Positions 11,301 to 24,800 of a stretch of DNA of 42,297 nt are shown piece by piece. The stretch comes from Utricularia gibba (lineage: Eukaryota; Plantae; Magnoliophyta): assembly GCA_002189035.1 (NCBI GenBank), contig NEEC01000240.1, positions 1 through 42,297 on the forward strand, read 5' to 3'. The position numbers and the translations under genes are program-made. The notes beneath the pieces were generated by a model, which made no database searches, was not told the DNA's origin, and saw only the letters and a list, made by a program, of their open reading frames with translations. The number at the start of each line of letters is the position of its first letter. The first letter of the stretch is position 1.

Positions 11301-14300
11301 GGGTCCTATTCAACGAAAATCGTGATGCATTTATTGAAGTTAGGATGTCATGAGCACCCCAAATGGTTTTCCATCCACAACTTTTTATTTGAGGAGGCGC
11401 TCTCGAGGGGCACTAGGATCGGCCGGAGGTCGTTCGGGCCCATAGTCATTTGTAGCCCGGCAAAAAAAGTGATCCATTTATTAACGTTGGGTTTCGGCAG
11501 CTGCCTACATTGTTTCTGAAGGAAAAGCTTGTCGTTTTTGGGTGGGTGCTTTCGTTGGGAAGTTCATCCGGACCCAAGGTTCGGTTCGACTCCTGAGCCC
11601 AATCGGGTCCTATTCGACGAAAATCGTGATGCATTTATTGAAGTTAGGATGTCATGAGCACCCCAAATGGTTTTCTCATCCACAACTTTTATTTGAGGAG
11701 GCGCTCTCGAGGGGCACCAGGATCGGGCCGGAGGTCGGGTCGGGCTCGGGCCCATAGTCATTTGTAGCCCGGGAAAAAGTGATCCATTTATTAACGTTGG
11801 GTTTTCGGCAGCTGCTTACATGGTTTCTGAAGGAAAAGCTTGTCGTTTTTGGGTGGGTGCTTTCGTTGGGAAGTTCATCCGGACCCAAGTTCGGTTCGAC
11901 TCCTGAGCCAATCGGGTCCTATTCACGAAAATCGTGATGCATTTTGAAGTTAGGATGTCATGAGCACCCCAAATGGTTTTCCAACCACAACTTTTTATTT
12001 GAGGAGGCGCTCTCGAGGGGCACCGGGCCGGAGGTCTTGTCGAAATCGGGCCCATAGTCATTTGTAGCCCGGCAAAAAAAGTGATCCATTTATTAACGTT
12101 GGGTTTTCGGCAGCTGCCTACATTGTTTCTGAAGGAAAAGCTTGTCGTTTTTGGGGGTGTTTCGTTGGGAAGTTCATCCGGACCCAAGGTTCGGTTCGAC
12201 TCCTGGCCCAATCGGGTCCTATTCACGAAAATCGTGATGCATTTATTGAAGTTAGGATGTCATGAGCACCCCAAATGGTTTTCTCATCCACAAGCTTTAT
12301 ATTTGAGGAGGCGCTCTCGAGGGGCACCAGGATCGGGCCGGAGGTCGGGTCGGGCTCGGGCCCATAGTCATTTGTAGCCCGGCAAAAAAGTGATCCATTT
12401 ATTAACGTTGGTTTTCGGCAGCTGCCTACATTGTTTCTGAAGGAAAAGCTTGTCGTTTTTGGGTGGGTGCTTTCGTTGGGAAGTTCATCCACCCAAGGTT
12501 CGTTCGACTCCTGAGCCCAATCGGGTCCTATTCGACGAAAATCGTGATGCATTTATTGAAGTTAGGATGTCATGAGCACCCAAATGGTTTTCTCATCCAC
12601 AAGCTTTATATTTGAGGAGGCGCTCTCGAGGGGCACCAGGATCGGGCCGGAGGTCGGTCGGGCTCGGGCCCATAGTCATTTGTAGCCCGGCAAAAAAGTG
12701 ATCCATTTATTAACGTTGGGTTTTCGGCAGCTGCTTACATGGTTTCTGAAGGAAAAGCTTGTCGTTTTTGGGTGGGTGCTTTCGTTGGGAAGTTCATCCG
12801 GACCCAAGGTTCGGTTCGACTCCTGAGCCCAATCGGGTCCTATTCAACGAAAATCGTGATGCATTTATTGAAGTTAGGATGTCATGAGCACCCAAAATGG
12901 TTTTCCAACCACAAGCTTTTTATTTGAGGAGGCGCTCTCGAGGGGCACTAGGATCGGCCGGAGGTCGGTCGATCGGGCCCATAGTCATTTGTAGCCCGGC
13001 AAAAAAAGTGATCCATTTATTAACGTTGGGTTTTCGGCAGCTGCCTACATTTTCTGAAGGAAAAGCTTGTCGTTTTTGGGTGGGTGCTTTCGTTGGGAAG
13101 TTCATCCGGACCCAAGGTTCGGTTCGACTCCTGAGCCCATCGGGTCCTATTCGACGAAAATCGTGATGCATTTATTGAAGTTAGGATGTCATGAGCACCC
13201 CAAATGGTTTTCTCATCCACAAGCTTTATATTTGAGGAGGCGCTCTCGAGGGGCACCAGGATCGGGCCGGAGGTCGGTCGGGCTCGGGCCCATAGTCATT
13301 TGTAGCCCGGGAAAAAAAGTGATCCATTTATTAACGTTGGGTTTTCGGCAGCTGCCTACATGGTTTCTGAAGGAAAAGCTTGTCGTTTTTGGTGGGTGCT
13401 TTCGTTGGGAAGTTCATCCGGACCCAAGGTTCGGTTCGACTCCTGAGCCCAATCGGGTCCTATTCGACGAAAATCGTGATGCATTTATTGAAGTTAGGAT
13501 GTCATGAGCACCCCAAATGGTTTTCTCCACAAGCTTTTTATTTGAGGAGGCGCTCTCGAGGGGCACTAGGATCGGCCGGAGGTCGTCGATCGGGCCCATA
13601 GTCATTTGTAGCCCGGCAAAAAAAGTGATCCATTTATTAACGTTGGGTTTTCGGCAGCTGCCTACATTGTTTCTGAAGGAAAAGCTTGTCGTTTTTGGGT
13701 GGGTGCTTTCGTTGGGAAGTTCATCCGGACCCAAGGTTCGGTTCGACTCCTGCCCAATCGGGTCCTATTCGACGAAAATCGTGATGCATTTATTGAAGTT
13801 AGGATGTCATGAGCACCCCAAATGGTTTTCTCATCCACAAGCTTTTATTTGAGGAGGCGCTCTCGAGGGGCACTAGGATCGGGCCGGAGGTCGGGTCGGG
13901 CTCGGGCCCATAGTCATTTGTAGCCCGGGAAAAAAAAAGTGATCCATTTATTAACGTTGGGTTTTCGGCAGCTGCCTACATTGTTTCTGAAGGAAAAGCT
14001 TGTCGTTTTTGGGTGGGTGCTTTCGTTGGGAAGTTCATCCGGACCCAAGGTTCGTTCGACTCCTGCCCAATCGGTCCTATTCGACGAAAATCGTGATGCA
14101 TTTATTGAAGTTAGGATGTCATGAGCACCCCAAATGGTTTTCTCATCCAAAGCTTTTATTTGAGAGGCGCTCTCGAGGGGCACCAGGATCGGGCCGGAGG
14201 TCGGGTCGGGCTCGGGCCCATAGTCATTTGTAGCCCGGGAAAAAAGTGATCCATTTATTAACGTTGGGTTTTCGGCAGCTGCTACATGGTTTCTGAAGGA

Positions 14301-17300
14301 AAAGCTTGTCGTTTTTGGGTGGGTGCTTTCGTTGGGAAGTTCATCCGGACCCAAGGTTCGGTTCGACTCCTGAGCCCAATCGGGTCCTATTCGACGAAAA
14401 TCGTGATGCATTTATTGAAGTTAGGATGTCATGAGCACCCCAAATGGTTTTCCAACCACAACTTTTTATTTGAGGAGGCGCTCTCGAGGGCACCAGGATC
14501 GGCCGGAGGTCGGTCGTCGGGCCCATAGTCATTTGTAGCCGGCAAAAAAAGTGATCCATTTATTAACGTTGGGTTTTCGGCAGCTGCCTATTGTTTCTGA
14601 AGGAAAGCTTGTCGTTTTTGGGTGGGTGCTTTCGTTGGAAGTTCATCCGGACCCAAGGTTGTTCGACTCCGCCATCGGGTCCTATTCGACGAAAATCGTG
14701 ATGCATTTATTGAAGTTAGGATGTCATGAGCACCCCAAATGGTTTTCTCATCCACAAGCTTTTTATTTGAGGAGGCGCTCTCGAGGGGCACTAGGATCGG
14801 CCGGAGGTCGGTCGATCGGGCCCATAGTCATTTGTAGCCCGGCAAAAAAAGTGATCCATTTATTAACGTTGGGTTTTCGGCAGCTGCCTACATGTTTTCT
14901 GAAGGAAAAGCTTGTCGTTTTTGGGTGGGTGCTTTCGTTGGGAAGTTCATCCGGACCCAAGGTTCGTTCGACTCCTGAGCCCATCGGTCCTATTCGACGA
15001 AAATCGTGATGCATTTATTGAAGTTAGGATGTCATGAGCACCCCAAATGGTTTTCTCATCCACAAGCTTTATATTTGAGGAGGCGCTCGAGGGCACCAGG
15101 ATCGGGCCGGAGGTCGGGTCGGGCTCGGGCCCATAGTCATTTGTAGCCCGGGAAAAAAGTGATCCATTTATTAACGTTGGGTTTTCGGCAGCTGCTTACA
15201 TGGTTTCTGAAGGAAAAGCTTGTCGTTTTTGGGTGGGTGCTTTCGTTGGGAAGTTCATCCGGACCCAAGTTTCGGTTCGACTCCTGAGCCCAATCGGGTC
15301 CTATTCAACGAAAATCGTGATGCATTTATTGAAGTTAGGATGTCATGAGCACCCCAAATGGTTTTCTCAACCACAAGCTTTTATTTGAGGAGGCGCTCTC
15401 GAGGGGCACTAGGATCGGCCGGAGGTCGGTCGATCGGGCCCATAGTCATTTGTAGCCCGGCAAAAAAAGTGATCCATTTATTAACGTTGGGTTTTCGGCA
15501 GCTGCCTACATTGTTTCTGAAGGAAAAGCTTGTCGTTTTTGGGTGGGTGCTTTCGTTGGAAGTTCATCCGGACCCAAGTTCGTTCGACTCCTGAGCCCAA
15601 TCGGGTCCTATTCGACGAAAATCGTGATGCATTTATTGAAGTTAGGATGTCATGAGCACCCCAAATGGTTTTCTCAACCACAAGCTTTTTATTTGAGGAG
15701 GCGCTCTCGAGGGGCACTAGGATCGGGCCGAGGTCGGTCGAATCGGGCCCATAGTCATTTGTAGCCCGGCAAAAAAAGTGATCCATTTATTAACGTTGGG
15801 TTTTCGGCAGCTGCCTACATGTTTCTGAAGGAAAAGCTTGTCGTTTTTGGGTGGGTGCTTTCGTTGGGAAGTTCATCCGACCCAAGGTTCGGTTCGACTC
15901 CTGAGCCCAATCGGGTCCTATTCGACGAAAATCGTGATGCATTTATTGAAGTTAGGATGTCATGAGCACCCCAAATGGTTTCTCATCCACAAGCTTTATA
16001 TTTGAGGAGGCGCTCTCGAGGGGCACCAGGATCGGGCCGGAGGTCGGGTCGGGCTCGGGCCCATAGTCATTTGTAGCCCGGCAAAAAAAGTGATCCATTT
16101 ATTAACGTTGGGTTTTCGGCAGCTGCTACATGTTTCTGAAGGAAAAGCTTGTCGTTTTTGGGTGGTGCTTTCGTTGGGAAGTTCATCCGGACCCAAGGTT
16201 CGGTTCGACTCCTGAGCCCAATCGGGTCCTATTCAACGAAAATCGTGATGCATTTATTGAAGTTAGGATGTCATGAGCACCCCAAATGGTTTTCTCAACC
16301 ACAAGCTTTTTATTTGAGGAGGCGCTCTCGAGGGGCACCAGGATCGGCCGGAGGTCGGTCTCGGGCCCATAGTCATTTGTAGCCCGGCAAAAAAAGTGAT
16401 CCATTTATTAACGTTGGGTTTTCGGCAGCTGCCTACATGTTTCTGAAGGAAAAGCTTGTCGTTTTTGGGTGGGTGCTTTCGTTGGGAAGTTCATCCGGAC
16501 CCAAGGTTCGGTTCGACTCCTGAGCCCAATCGGGTCCTATTCGACGAAAATCGTGATGCATTTATTGAAGTTAGGATGTCATGAGCACCCAAATGGTTTT
16601 CTCATCACAAGCTTTATATTTGAGGAGGCGCTCTCGAGGGGCACCAGGATCGGGCCGGAGGTCGGGTCGGCTCGGGCCATAGTCATTTGTAGCCCGGAAA
16701 AAAGTGATCCATTTATTAACGTTGGGTTTTCGGCAGCTGCTTACATGGTTTCTGAAGGAAAAGCTTGTCGTTTTTGGGTGGTGCTTTCGTTGGGAAGTTC
16801 ATCGGACCCAAGGTTCGGTTCGACTCCTGAGCCAATCGGGTCCTATTCACGAAAATCGTGATGCATTTATTGAAGTTAGGATGTCATGAGCACCCAAATG
16901 GTTTTCAACCACAACTTTTTATTTGAGAGGCGCTCTCGAGGGGCACTAGGATCGGCCGGAGGTCGTCGTCGGGCCCATAGTCATTTGTAGCCCGGCAAAA
17001 AAAGTGATCCATTTATTAACGTTGGGTTTTCGGCAGCTGCCTATTGTTTCTGAAGGAAAAGCTTGTCGTTTTTGGGTGGGTGCTTTCGTTGGGAAGTTCA
17101 TCCGGACCCAAGGTTCTGTTCGACTCCTGAGCCCAATCGGGTCCTATTCGACGAAAATCGTGATGCATTTATTGAAGTTAGGATGTCATGAGCACCCCAA
17201 ATGGTTTTCTCATCCACAAGCTTTATATTTGAGGAGGCGCTCTCGAGGGGCACCAGGATCGGGCCGGAGGTCGGGTCGGGCTCGGGCCCATAGTCATTTG

Positions 17301-18851
17301 TAGCCCGGCAAAAAAAGTGATCCATTTATTAACGTTGGGTTTTCGGCAGCTGCTTACATGGTTTCTGAAGGAAAAGCTTGTCGTTTTTGGGTGGGTGCTT
17401 TCGTTGGGAAGTTCATCCGGACCCAAGGTTCGGTTCGACTCCTGAGCCCAATCGGGTCCTATTCGACGAAAATCGTGATGCATTTATTGAAGTTAGGATG
17501 TCATGAGCACCCCAAATGGTTTTCCAACCAAGCTTTTTATTTGAGGAGGCGCTCTCGAGGGGCACTAGGATCGGCCGGAGGTCGTCGAATCGGGCCCATA
17601 GTCATTTGTAGCCCGGCAAAAAAAAGTGATCCATTTATTAACGTTGGGTTTTCGGCAGCTGCCTACATTGTTTCTGAAGGAAAAGCTTGTCGTTTTTGGG
17701 TGGGTGCTTTCGTTGGGAAGTTCGTCCGGACCCAAGGTTCGTTCGACTCCTGAGCCATCGGGTCTATTCGACGAAAATCGTGATGCATTTATTGAAGTTA
17801 GGATGTCATGAGCACCCCAAATGGTTTTCATCCACAAGCTTTATTTTGAGGAGGCGCTCTCGAGGGGCACCAGGATCGGGCCGGAGGTCGGGTCGGGCTC
17901 GGGCCCATAGTCATTTGTAGCCCGGAAAAAAAGTGATCCATTTATTAACGTTGGGTTTTCGGCAGCTGCTTACATGGTTTCTGAAGGAAAAGCTTGTCGT
18001 TTTTGGTGGTGCTTTCGTTGGGAAGTTCATCCGGACCAAGGTTCGGTTCGACTCCTGCCCAATCGGGTCCTATTCGACGAAAATCGTGATGCATTTATTT
18101 GAAGTTAGGATGTCATGAGCACCCAAATGGTTTTCCAACCACAACTTTTTATTTGAGGAGGCGCTCTCGAGGGGCACTAGGATCGGCCGGAGGTCGGTCG
18201 GTCGGGCCATAGTCATTTGTAGCCCGGCAAAAAAGTGATCCATTTATTAACGTTGGGTTTTCGGCAGCTGCCTACATGGTTTCTGAAGGAAAAGCTTGTC
18301 GTTTTTGGGGGGTGCTTTCGGGGAAGTTCGTCCGGACCAAGGTTCGGTTCGACTCCTGAGCCAATCGGGTCCTATTCGACGAAAATCGTGATGCATTTAT
18401 TGAAGTTAGGATGTCATGAGCACCCAAATGGTTTTCTCATCCACAAGCTTTTTATTTGAGGAGGCGCTCTCGAGGGGCACAGGATCGGCCGGAGGTCGGG
18501 TCGATCGGGCCATAGTCATTTGTAGCCCGGCAAAAAAAGTGATCCATTTATTAACGTTGGGTTTTCGGCAGCTGCCTACATTGTTTTTCTGAAGGAAAAG
18601 CTTGTCGTTTTTGGGTGGGTGCTTTCGTTGGGAAGTTCATCCGGACCCAAGGTTCGTTCGACTCCTGAGCCCATCGGTCCTATTCGACGAAAATCGTGAT
18701 GCATTTATTGAAGTTAGGATGTCATGAGCACCCAAAATGGTTTTCTCATCCACAAGCTTTATATTTGAGGAGGCGCTCTCGAGGGGCACCAGGATCGGGC
18801 CGGAGGTCGGGTCGGGCTCGGGCCATAGTCATTTGTAGCCCGGGAAAAAAA

Positions 18852-21800
18852 GTGATCCATTTATTAACGTTGGGTTTTCGGCAGCTGCTTACATGGTTTC
18901 TGAAGGAAAAGCTTGTCGTTTTTGGTTGGGTGCTTTCGTTGGGAATTCGTCCGGACCCAAGGTTCGGTTCGACTCCTGAGCCAATCGGGTCCTATTCGAC
19001 GAAAATCGTGATGCATTTATTGAAGTTAGGATGTCATGAGCACCCAAATGGTTTTCTCAACAAGCTTTATATTTGGGAGGCGCTCTCGAGGGGCACCAGG
19101 ATCGGGCCGGAGGTCGGGTCGGGCTCGGGCCATAGTCATTTGTAGCCCGGAAAAAAAGTGATCCATTTATTAACGTTGGGTTTTCGGCAGCTGCTTACAT
19201 GGTTTCTGAAGGAAAAGCTTGTCGTTTTTTGTTGGGTGCTTTCATTGGGAAGTTCGTCGGACCCAAGGTTCGGTTCGACTCCTGAGCCCAATCGGGTCCT
19301 ATTCGAACGAAAATCGTGATGCATTTATTGAAGTTAGGATGTCATGAGCACCAAATGGTTTTCTCATCCACAAGCTTTATTTTGAGGAGGCGCTCTCGAG
19401 GGCACCAGGATCGGGCCGGAGGTCGGGTCGGGCTCGGGCCCATAGTCATTTGTAGCCCGGGAAAAAAAGTGATCCATTTATTAACGTTGGGTTTTCGGCA
19501 GCTGCCTACATTGTTTCTGAAGGAAAGCTTGTCGTTTTTGGGTGGGTGCTTTCGTTGGGAAGTTCATCCGAACCCAAGGTTCGGTTCGACTCCTGAGCCC
19601 GATCGGGTCCTATTCGACGAAAATCGTGATGCATTTATTGAAGTTAGGATGTCATGAGCACCCAAATGGTTTTCTCATCCACAAGCTTTTATTTGAGGAG
19701 GGCTCTCGAGGGGCACCAGGATCGGGCCGGAGGTCGGGTCGGGCTCGGGCCCATAGTCATTTGTAGCCCGGCAAAAAAAGTGATCCATTTATTAACGTTG
19801 GGTTTTTCGGCAGCTGCCTACATGGTTTCTGAAGGAAAAGCTTGTCGTTTTTGGTTGGGTGCTTTCATTGGGAAGTTCATCCGGACCAAGGTTCGGTTCG
19901 ACTCCTGAGCCCAATCGGGTCCTATTCGACGAAAATCGTGATGCATTTATTGAAGTTAGGATGTCATGAGCACCCAAATGGTTTTCATCCACACTTTTTA
20001 TTTGAGGAGGCGCTCTCGAGGGGCACTAGGATCGGCCGGAGGTCGGTCGGGCTCGGGCCCATAGTCATTTGTAGCCCGGCAAAAAAAGTGATCCATTTAT
20101 TAACGTTGGGTTTTCGGCAGCTGCTACATGTTTCTGAAGGAAAAGCTTGTCGTTTTTGGGTGGGTGCTTTCGTTGGGAAGTTCATCCGACCCAAGGTTCG
20201 GTTCGACTCTGAGCCAATCGGGTCCTATTCGACGAAAATCGTGATGCATTTATTGAAGTTAGGATGTCATGAGCACCCCAAATGGTTTTCTCATCCACAA
20301 GCTTTATATTTGAGGAGGCGCTCTCGAGGGGCACCAGGATCGGGCCGGAGGTCGGTCGGGCTCGGGCCCATAGTCATTTGTAGCCGGGAAAAAAAGTGAT
20401 CCATTTATTAACGTTGGGTTTTCGGCAGCTGCTTACATGGTTTCTGAAGGAAAAGCTTGTCGTTTTTGGTTGGGTGCTTTCATTGGGAAGTTCGTCCGGA
20501 CCAAGGTTCGGTTCGACTCCTGAGCCAATCGGGTCCTATTCGACGAAAATCGTGATGCATTTATTGAAGTTAGGATGTCATGAGCACCCAAATGGTTTTT
20601 CATCCAAAGCTTTATATTTGAGGAGGCGCTCTCGAGGGGCACCAGGATCGGCCGGAGGTCGGGTCGGGCTCGGGCCCATAGTCATTTGTAGCCCGGCAAA
20701 AAAAGTGATCCATTTATTAACGTTGGTTTTCGGCAGCTGCTACATTGTTTCTGAAGGAAAAGCTTGTCGTTTTGGGTGGGTGCTTTCGTTGGGAAGTTCA
20801 TCGGACCAAGGTTCGGTTCGACTCCTGAGCCAATCGGGTCCTATTCGACGAAAATCGTGATGCATTTATTGAAGTTAGGATGTCATGAGCACCCAAATGG
20901 TTTTCTCATCCACAACTTTTTATTTGAGGAGGCGCTCTCGAGGGGCACCAGGATCGGGCCGGAGGTCGGGTCGGGCTCGGGCCCATAGTCATTTGTAGCC
21001 GGGAAAAAAAGTGATCCATTTATTAACGTTGGGTTTTCGGCAGCTGCTTATGGTTTCTGAAGGAAAAGCTTGTCGTTTTTGGTGGGTGCTTTCATTGGGA
21101 AGTTCGTCCGGACCCAAGGTTCGGTTCGACTCCTGAGCCAATCGGGTCCTATTCGACGAAAATCGTGATGCATTTATTGAAGTTAGGATGTCATGAGCAC
21201 CAAATGGTTTTCTCATCCACAAGCTTTATATTTGAGGAGGCGCTCTCGAGGGGCACCAGGATCGGGCCGGAGGTCGGGTCGGGCTCGGGATAGTCATTTG
21301 TAGCCCGGGAAAAAAAGTGATCCATTTATTAACGTTGGGTTTTCGGCAGCTGCTTACATGGTTTCTGAAGGAAAAGCTTGTCGTTTTTGGTTGGGTGCTT
21401 TCATTGGGAAGTTCGTCCGGACCCAAGGTTCGGTTCGACTCCTGAGCCCAATCGGGTCCTATTCGACGAAAATCGTGATGCATTTATTGAAGTTAGGATG
21501 TCATGAGCACCCAAATGGTTTTCTCATCCACAAGCTTTTTATTTGAGGAGGCGCTCTCGAGGGGCACTAGGATCGGGCCGGAGGTCGGGTCGGGCTCGGG
21601 CCCATAGTCATTTGTAGCCCGGGAAAAAAAGTGATCCATTTATTAACGTTGGGTTTTCGGCAGCTGCCTACATTGTTTCTGAAGGAAAAGCTTGTCGTTT
21701 TTGGTGGGTGCTTTCGTTGGGAAGTTCATCCGGACCCAAGGTTCGGTTCGACTCCTGCCCAATCGGGTCCTATTCGACGAAAATCGTGATGCATTTATTG

Positions 21801-24800
21801 AAGTTAGGATGTCATGAGCACCCCAAATGGTTTTCTCATCCACAAGCTTTATATTTGAGGAGGCGCTCTCGAGGGGCACCAGGATCGGGCCGGAGGTCGG
21901 GTCGGGCTCGGGCCCATAGTCATTTGTAGCCCGGGAAAAAAAGTGATCCATTTATTAACGTTGGGTTTTCGGCAGCTGCTTACATGGTTTCTGAAGGAAA
22001 AGCTTGTCGTTTTTGGTTGGGTGCTTTCATTGGGAAGTTCGTCCGGACCCAAGGTTTGGTTCGACTCCTGAGCCCAATCGGGTCCTATTCGACGAAAATC
22101 GTGATGCATTTATTGAAGTTAGGATGTCATGAGCACCCAAATGGTTTTCTCATCCACAAGCTTTATATTTGAGGAGGCGCTCTCGAGGGGCACCAGGATC
22201 GGGCCGGAGGTCGGGTCGGGCTCGGGCCATAGTCATTTGTAGCCCGGGAAAAAAAGTGATCCATTTATTAACGTTGGGTTTTCGGCAGCTGCTTACATGT
22301 TTCTGAAGGAAAAGCTTGTCGTTTTTTGGTTGGGTGCTTTCATTGGGAAGTTCGTCCGGACCCAAGGTTCGGTTCGACTCCTGAGCCCAATCGGGTCCTA
22401 TTCGACGAAAATCGTGATGCATTTATTGAAGTTAGGATGTCATGAGCACCCAAATGGTTTTCTCATCCACAAGCTTTATATTTGAGGAGGCGCTCTCGAG
22501 GGGCACCAGGATCGGCCGGAGGTCGGGTCGGGCTCGGGCCCATAGTCATTTGTAGCCCGGGAAAAAAAGTGATCCATTTATTAACGTTGGGTTTTCGGCA
22601 GCTGCCTACATGTTTCTGAAGGAAAAGCTTGTCGTTTTTTGGTGGGTGCTTTCGTTGGGAAGTTCATCGGACCAAAGGTTCTGTTCGACTCCTGAGCCCA
22701 ATCGGGTCCTATTCGACGAAAATCGTGATGCATTTATTGAAGTTAGGATGTCATGAGCACCCAAATGGTTTTCTCATCCACAGCTTTATATTTGAGGAGG
22801 CGCTCTCGAGGGGCACCAGGATCGGGCCGGAGGTCGGGTCGGGCTCGGGCCCATAGTCATTTGTAGCCCGGGAAAAAAAGTGATCCATTTATTAACGTTG
22901 GGTTTTCGGCAGCTGCTACATGTTTCTGAAGGAAAAGCTTGTCGTTTTTGGGTGGGTGCTTTCGTTGGGAAGTTCATCCGGACCAAGGTTCGGTTCGACT
23001 CCTGCGCCAATCGGGTCCTATTCACGAAAATCGTGATGCATTTATTGAAGTTAGGATGTCATGAGCACCCCAAATGGTTTTCTCAACAATCTTTTATTTG
23101 AGGAGGCGCTCTCGAGGGGCACAGGATCGGGCCGGAGGTCGGGTCGGGCTCGGGCCATAGTCATTTGTAGCCGGGAAAAAAAGTGATCCATTTATTAACG
23201 TTGGGTTTTTCGGCAGCTGCTACATGGTTTCTGAAGGAAAAGCTTGTCGTTTTTGGTTGGGTGCTTTCGTTGGGAAGTTCGTCCGGACCCAAGGTTCGGT
23301 TCGACTCTGAGCCCAATCGGGTCCTATTCGACGAAAATCGTGATGCATTTATTGAAGTTAGGATGTCATGAGCACCCAAATGGTTTTCTCATCCACAGCT
23401 TTATATTTGAGGAGGCGCTCTCGAGGGCACCAGGATCGGGCCGGAGGTCGGGTCGGGCTCGGGCCATAGTCATTTGTAGCCCGGGAAAAAAAGTGATCCA
23501 TTTATTAACGTTGGGTTTTCGGCAGCTGCTACATGGTTTCTGAAGGAAAAGCTTGTCGTTTTTTGGTTGGGTGCTTTCGTTGGGAAGTTCGTCCGGACCC
23601 AAGGTTCGGTTCGACTCCTGAGCCCAATCGGGTCCTATTCGACGAAAATCGTGATGCATTTATTGAAGTTAGGATGTCATGAGCACCCAAATGGTTTTCT
23701 CATCCACAAGCTTTATATTTGAGGAGGCGCTCTCGAGGGGCACCAGGATCGGGCCGGAGGTCGGTCGGGCTCGGGCCCATAGTCATTTGTAGCCCGGGAA
23801 AAAAGTGATCCATTTATTAACGTTGGGTTTTCGGCAGCTGCTACATGTTTCTGAAGGAAAAGCTTGTCGTTTTTGGTGGGTGCTTTCGTTGGGAAGTTCA
23901 TCCGGACCCAAGGTTCGGTTCGACTCTGAGCCAATCGGGTCCTATTCGACGAAAATCGTGATGCATTTATTGAAGTTAGGATGTCATGAGCACCCAAATG
24001 GTTTTCTCATCCACAAGCTTTATATTTGAGGAGGCGCTCTCGAGGGGCACCAGGATCGGGCCGGAGTCGGGTCGGGCTCGGGCCCATAGTCATTTGTAGC
24101 CCGGGAAAAAAAGTGATCCATTTATTAACGTTGGGTTTTCGGCAGCTGCTTACATGGTTTCTGAAGGAAAAGCTTGTCGTTTTTGGTTGGGTGCTTTCGT
24201 TGGGAAGTTCGTCCGGACCAAGGTTCGGTTCGACTCCTGAGCCCAATCGGGTCCTATTCGACGAAAATCGTGATGCATTTATTGAAGTTAGGATGTCATG
24301 AGCACCCCAAATGGTTTTCTCATCCAGCTTTATATTTGAGGAGGCGCTCTCGAGGGGCACCAGGATCGGGCCGGAGGTCGGGTCGGGCTCGGGCCCATAG
24401 TCATTTGTAGCCGGGAAAAAAAAGTGATCCATTTATTAACGTTGGGTTTTCGGCAGCTGCTTACATGGTTTCTGAAGGAAAAGCTTGTCGTTTTTTGGTG
24501 GGTGCTTTCGTTGGGAAGTTCGTCCGGACCCAAGGTTCGGTTCGACTCCTGAGCCCAATCGGGTCCTATTCGACGAAAATCGTGATGCATTTATTGAAGT
24601 TAGGATGTCATGAGCACCCCAAATGGTTTTCTCATCCACAAGCTTTATATTTGAGGAGGCGCTCTCGAGGGGCACCAGGATCGGCCGGAGGTCGGGTCGG
24701 GCTCGGGCCATAGTCATTTGTAGCCCGGGAAAAAAAGTGATCCATTTATTAACGTTGGGTTTTCGGCAGCTGCTACATGTTTCTGAAGGAAAAGCTTGTC

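Larger units (their letters stand above)
45..18851 (+). repeat. Array domain 1: interspersed tail-A and tail-B monomers (61 monomers)
   Basis: Tail A (TTCTCATCCACAAGCTTTATA...CACCAGGATCGGGCCGGAGGTCGGGTCGGGCTCGGGCCC) alternates with tail B (TTCCAACCACAACTTTTTA...CACTAGGATC(T)GGCCGGAGGTC(TT)GTCGAAATCGGGCCC). I saw no GGTTGGGTGC or TTCATTGGG variant here. Confidence 0.8.
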
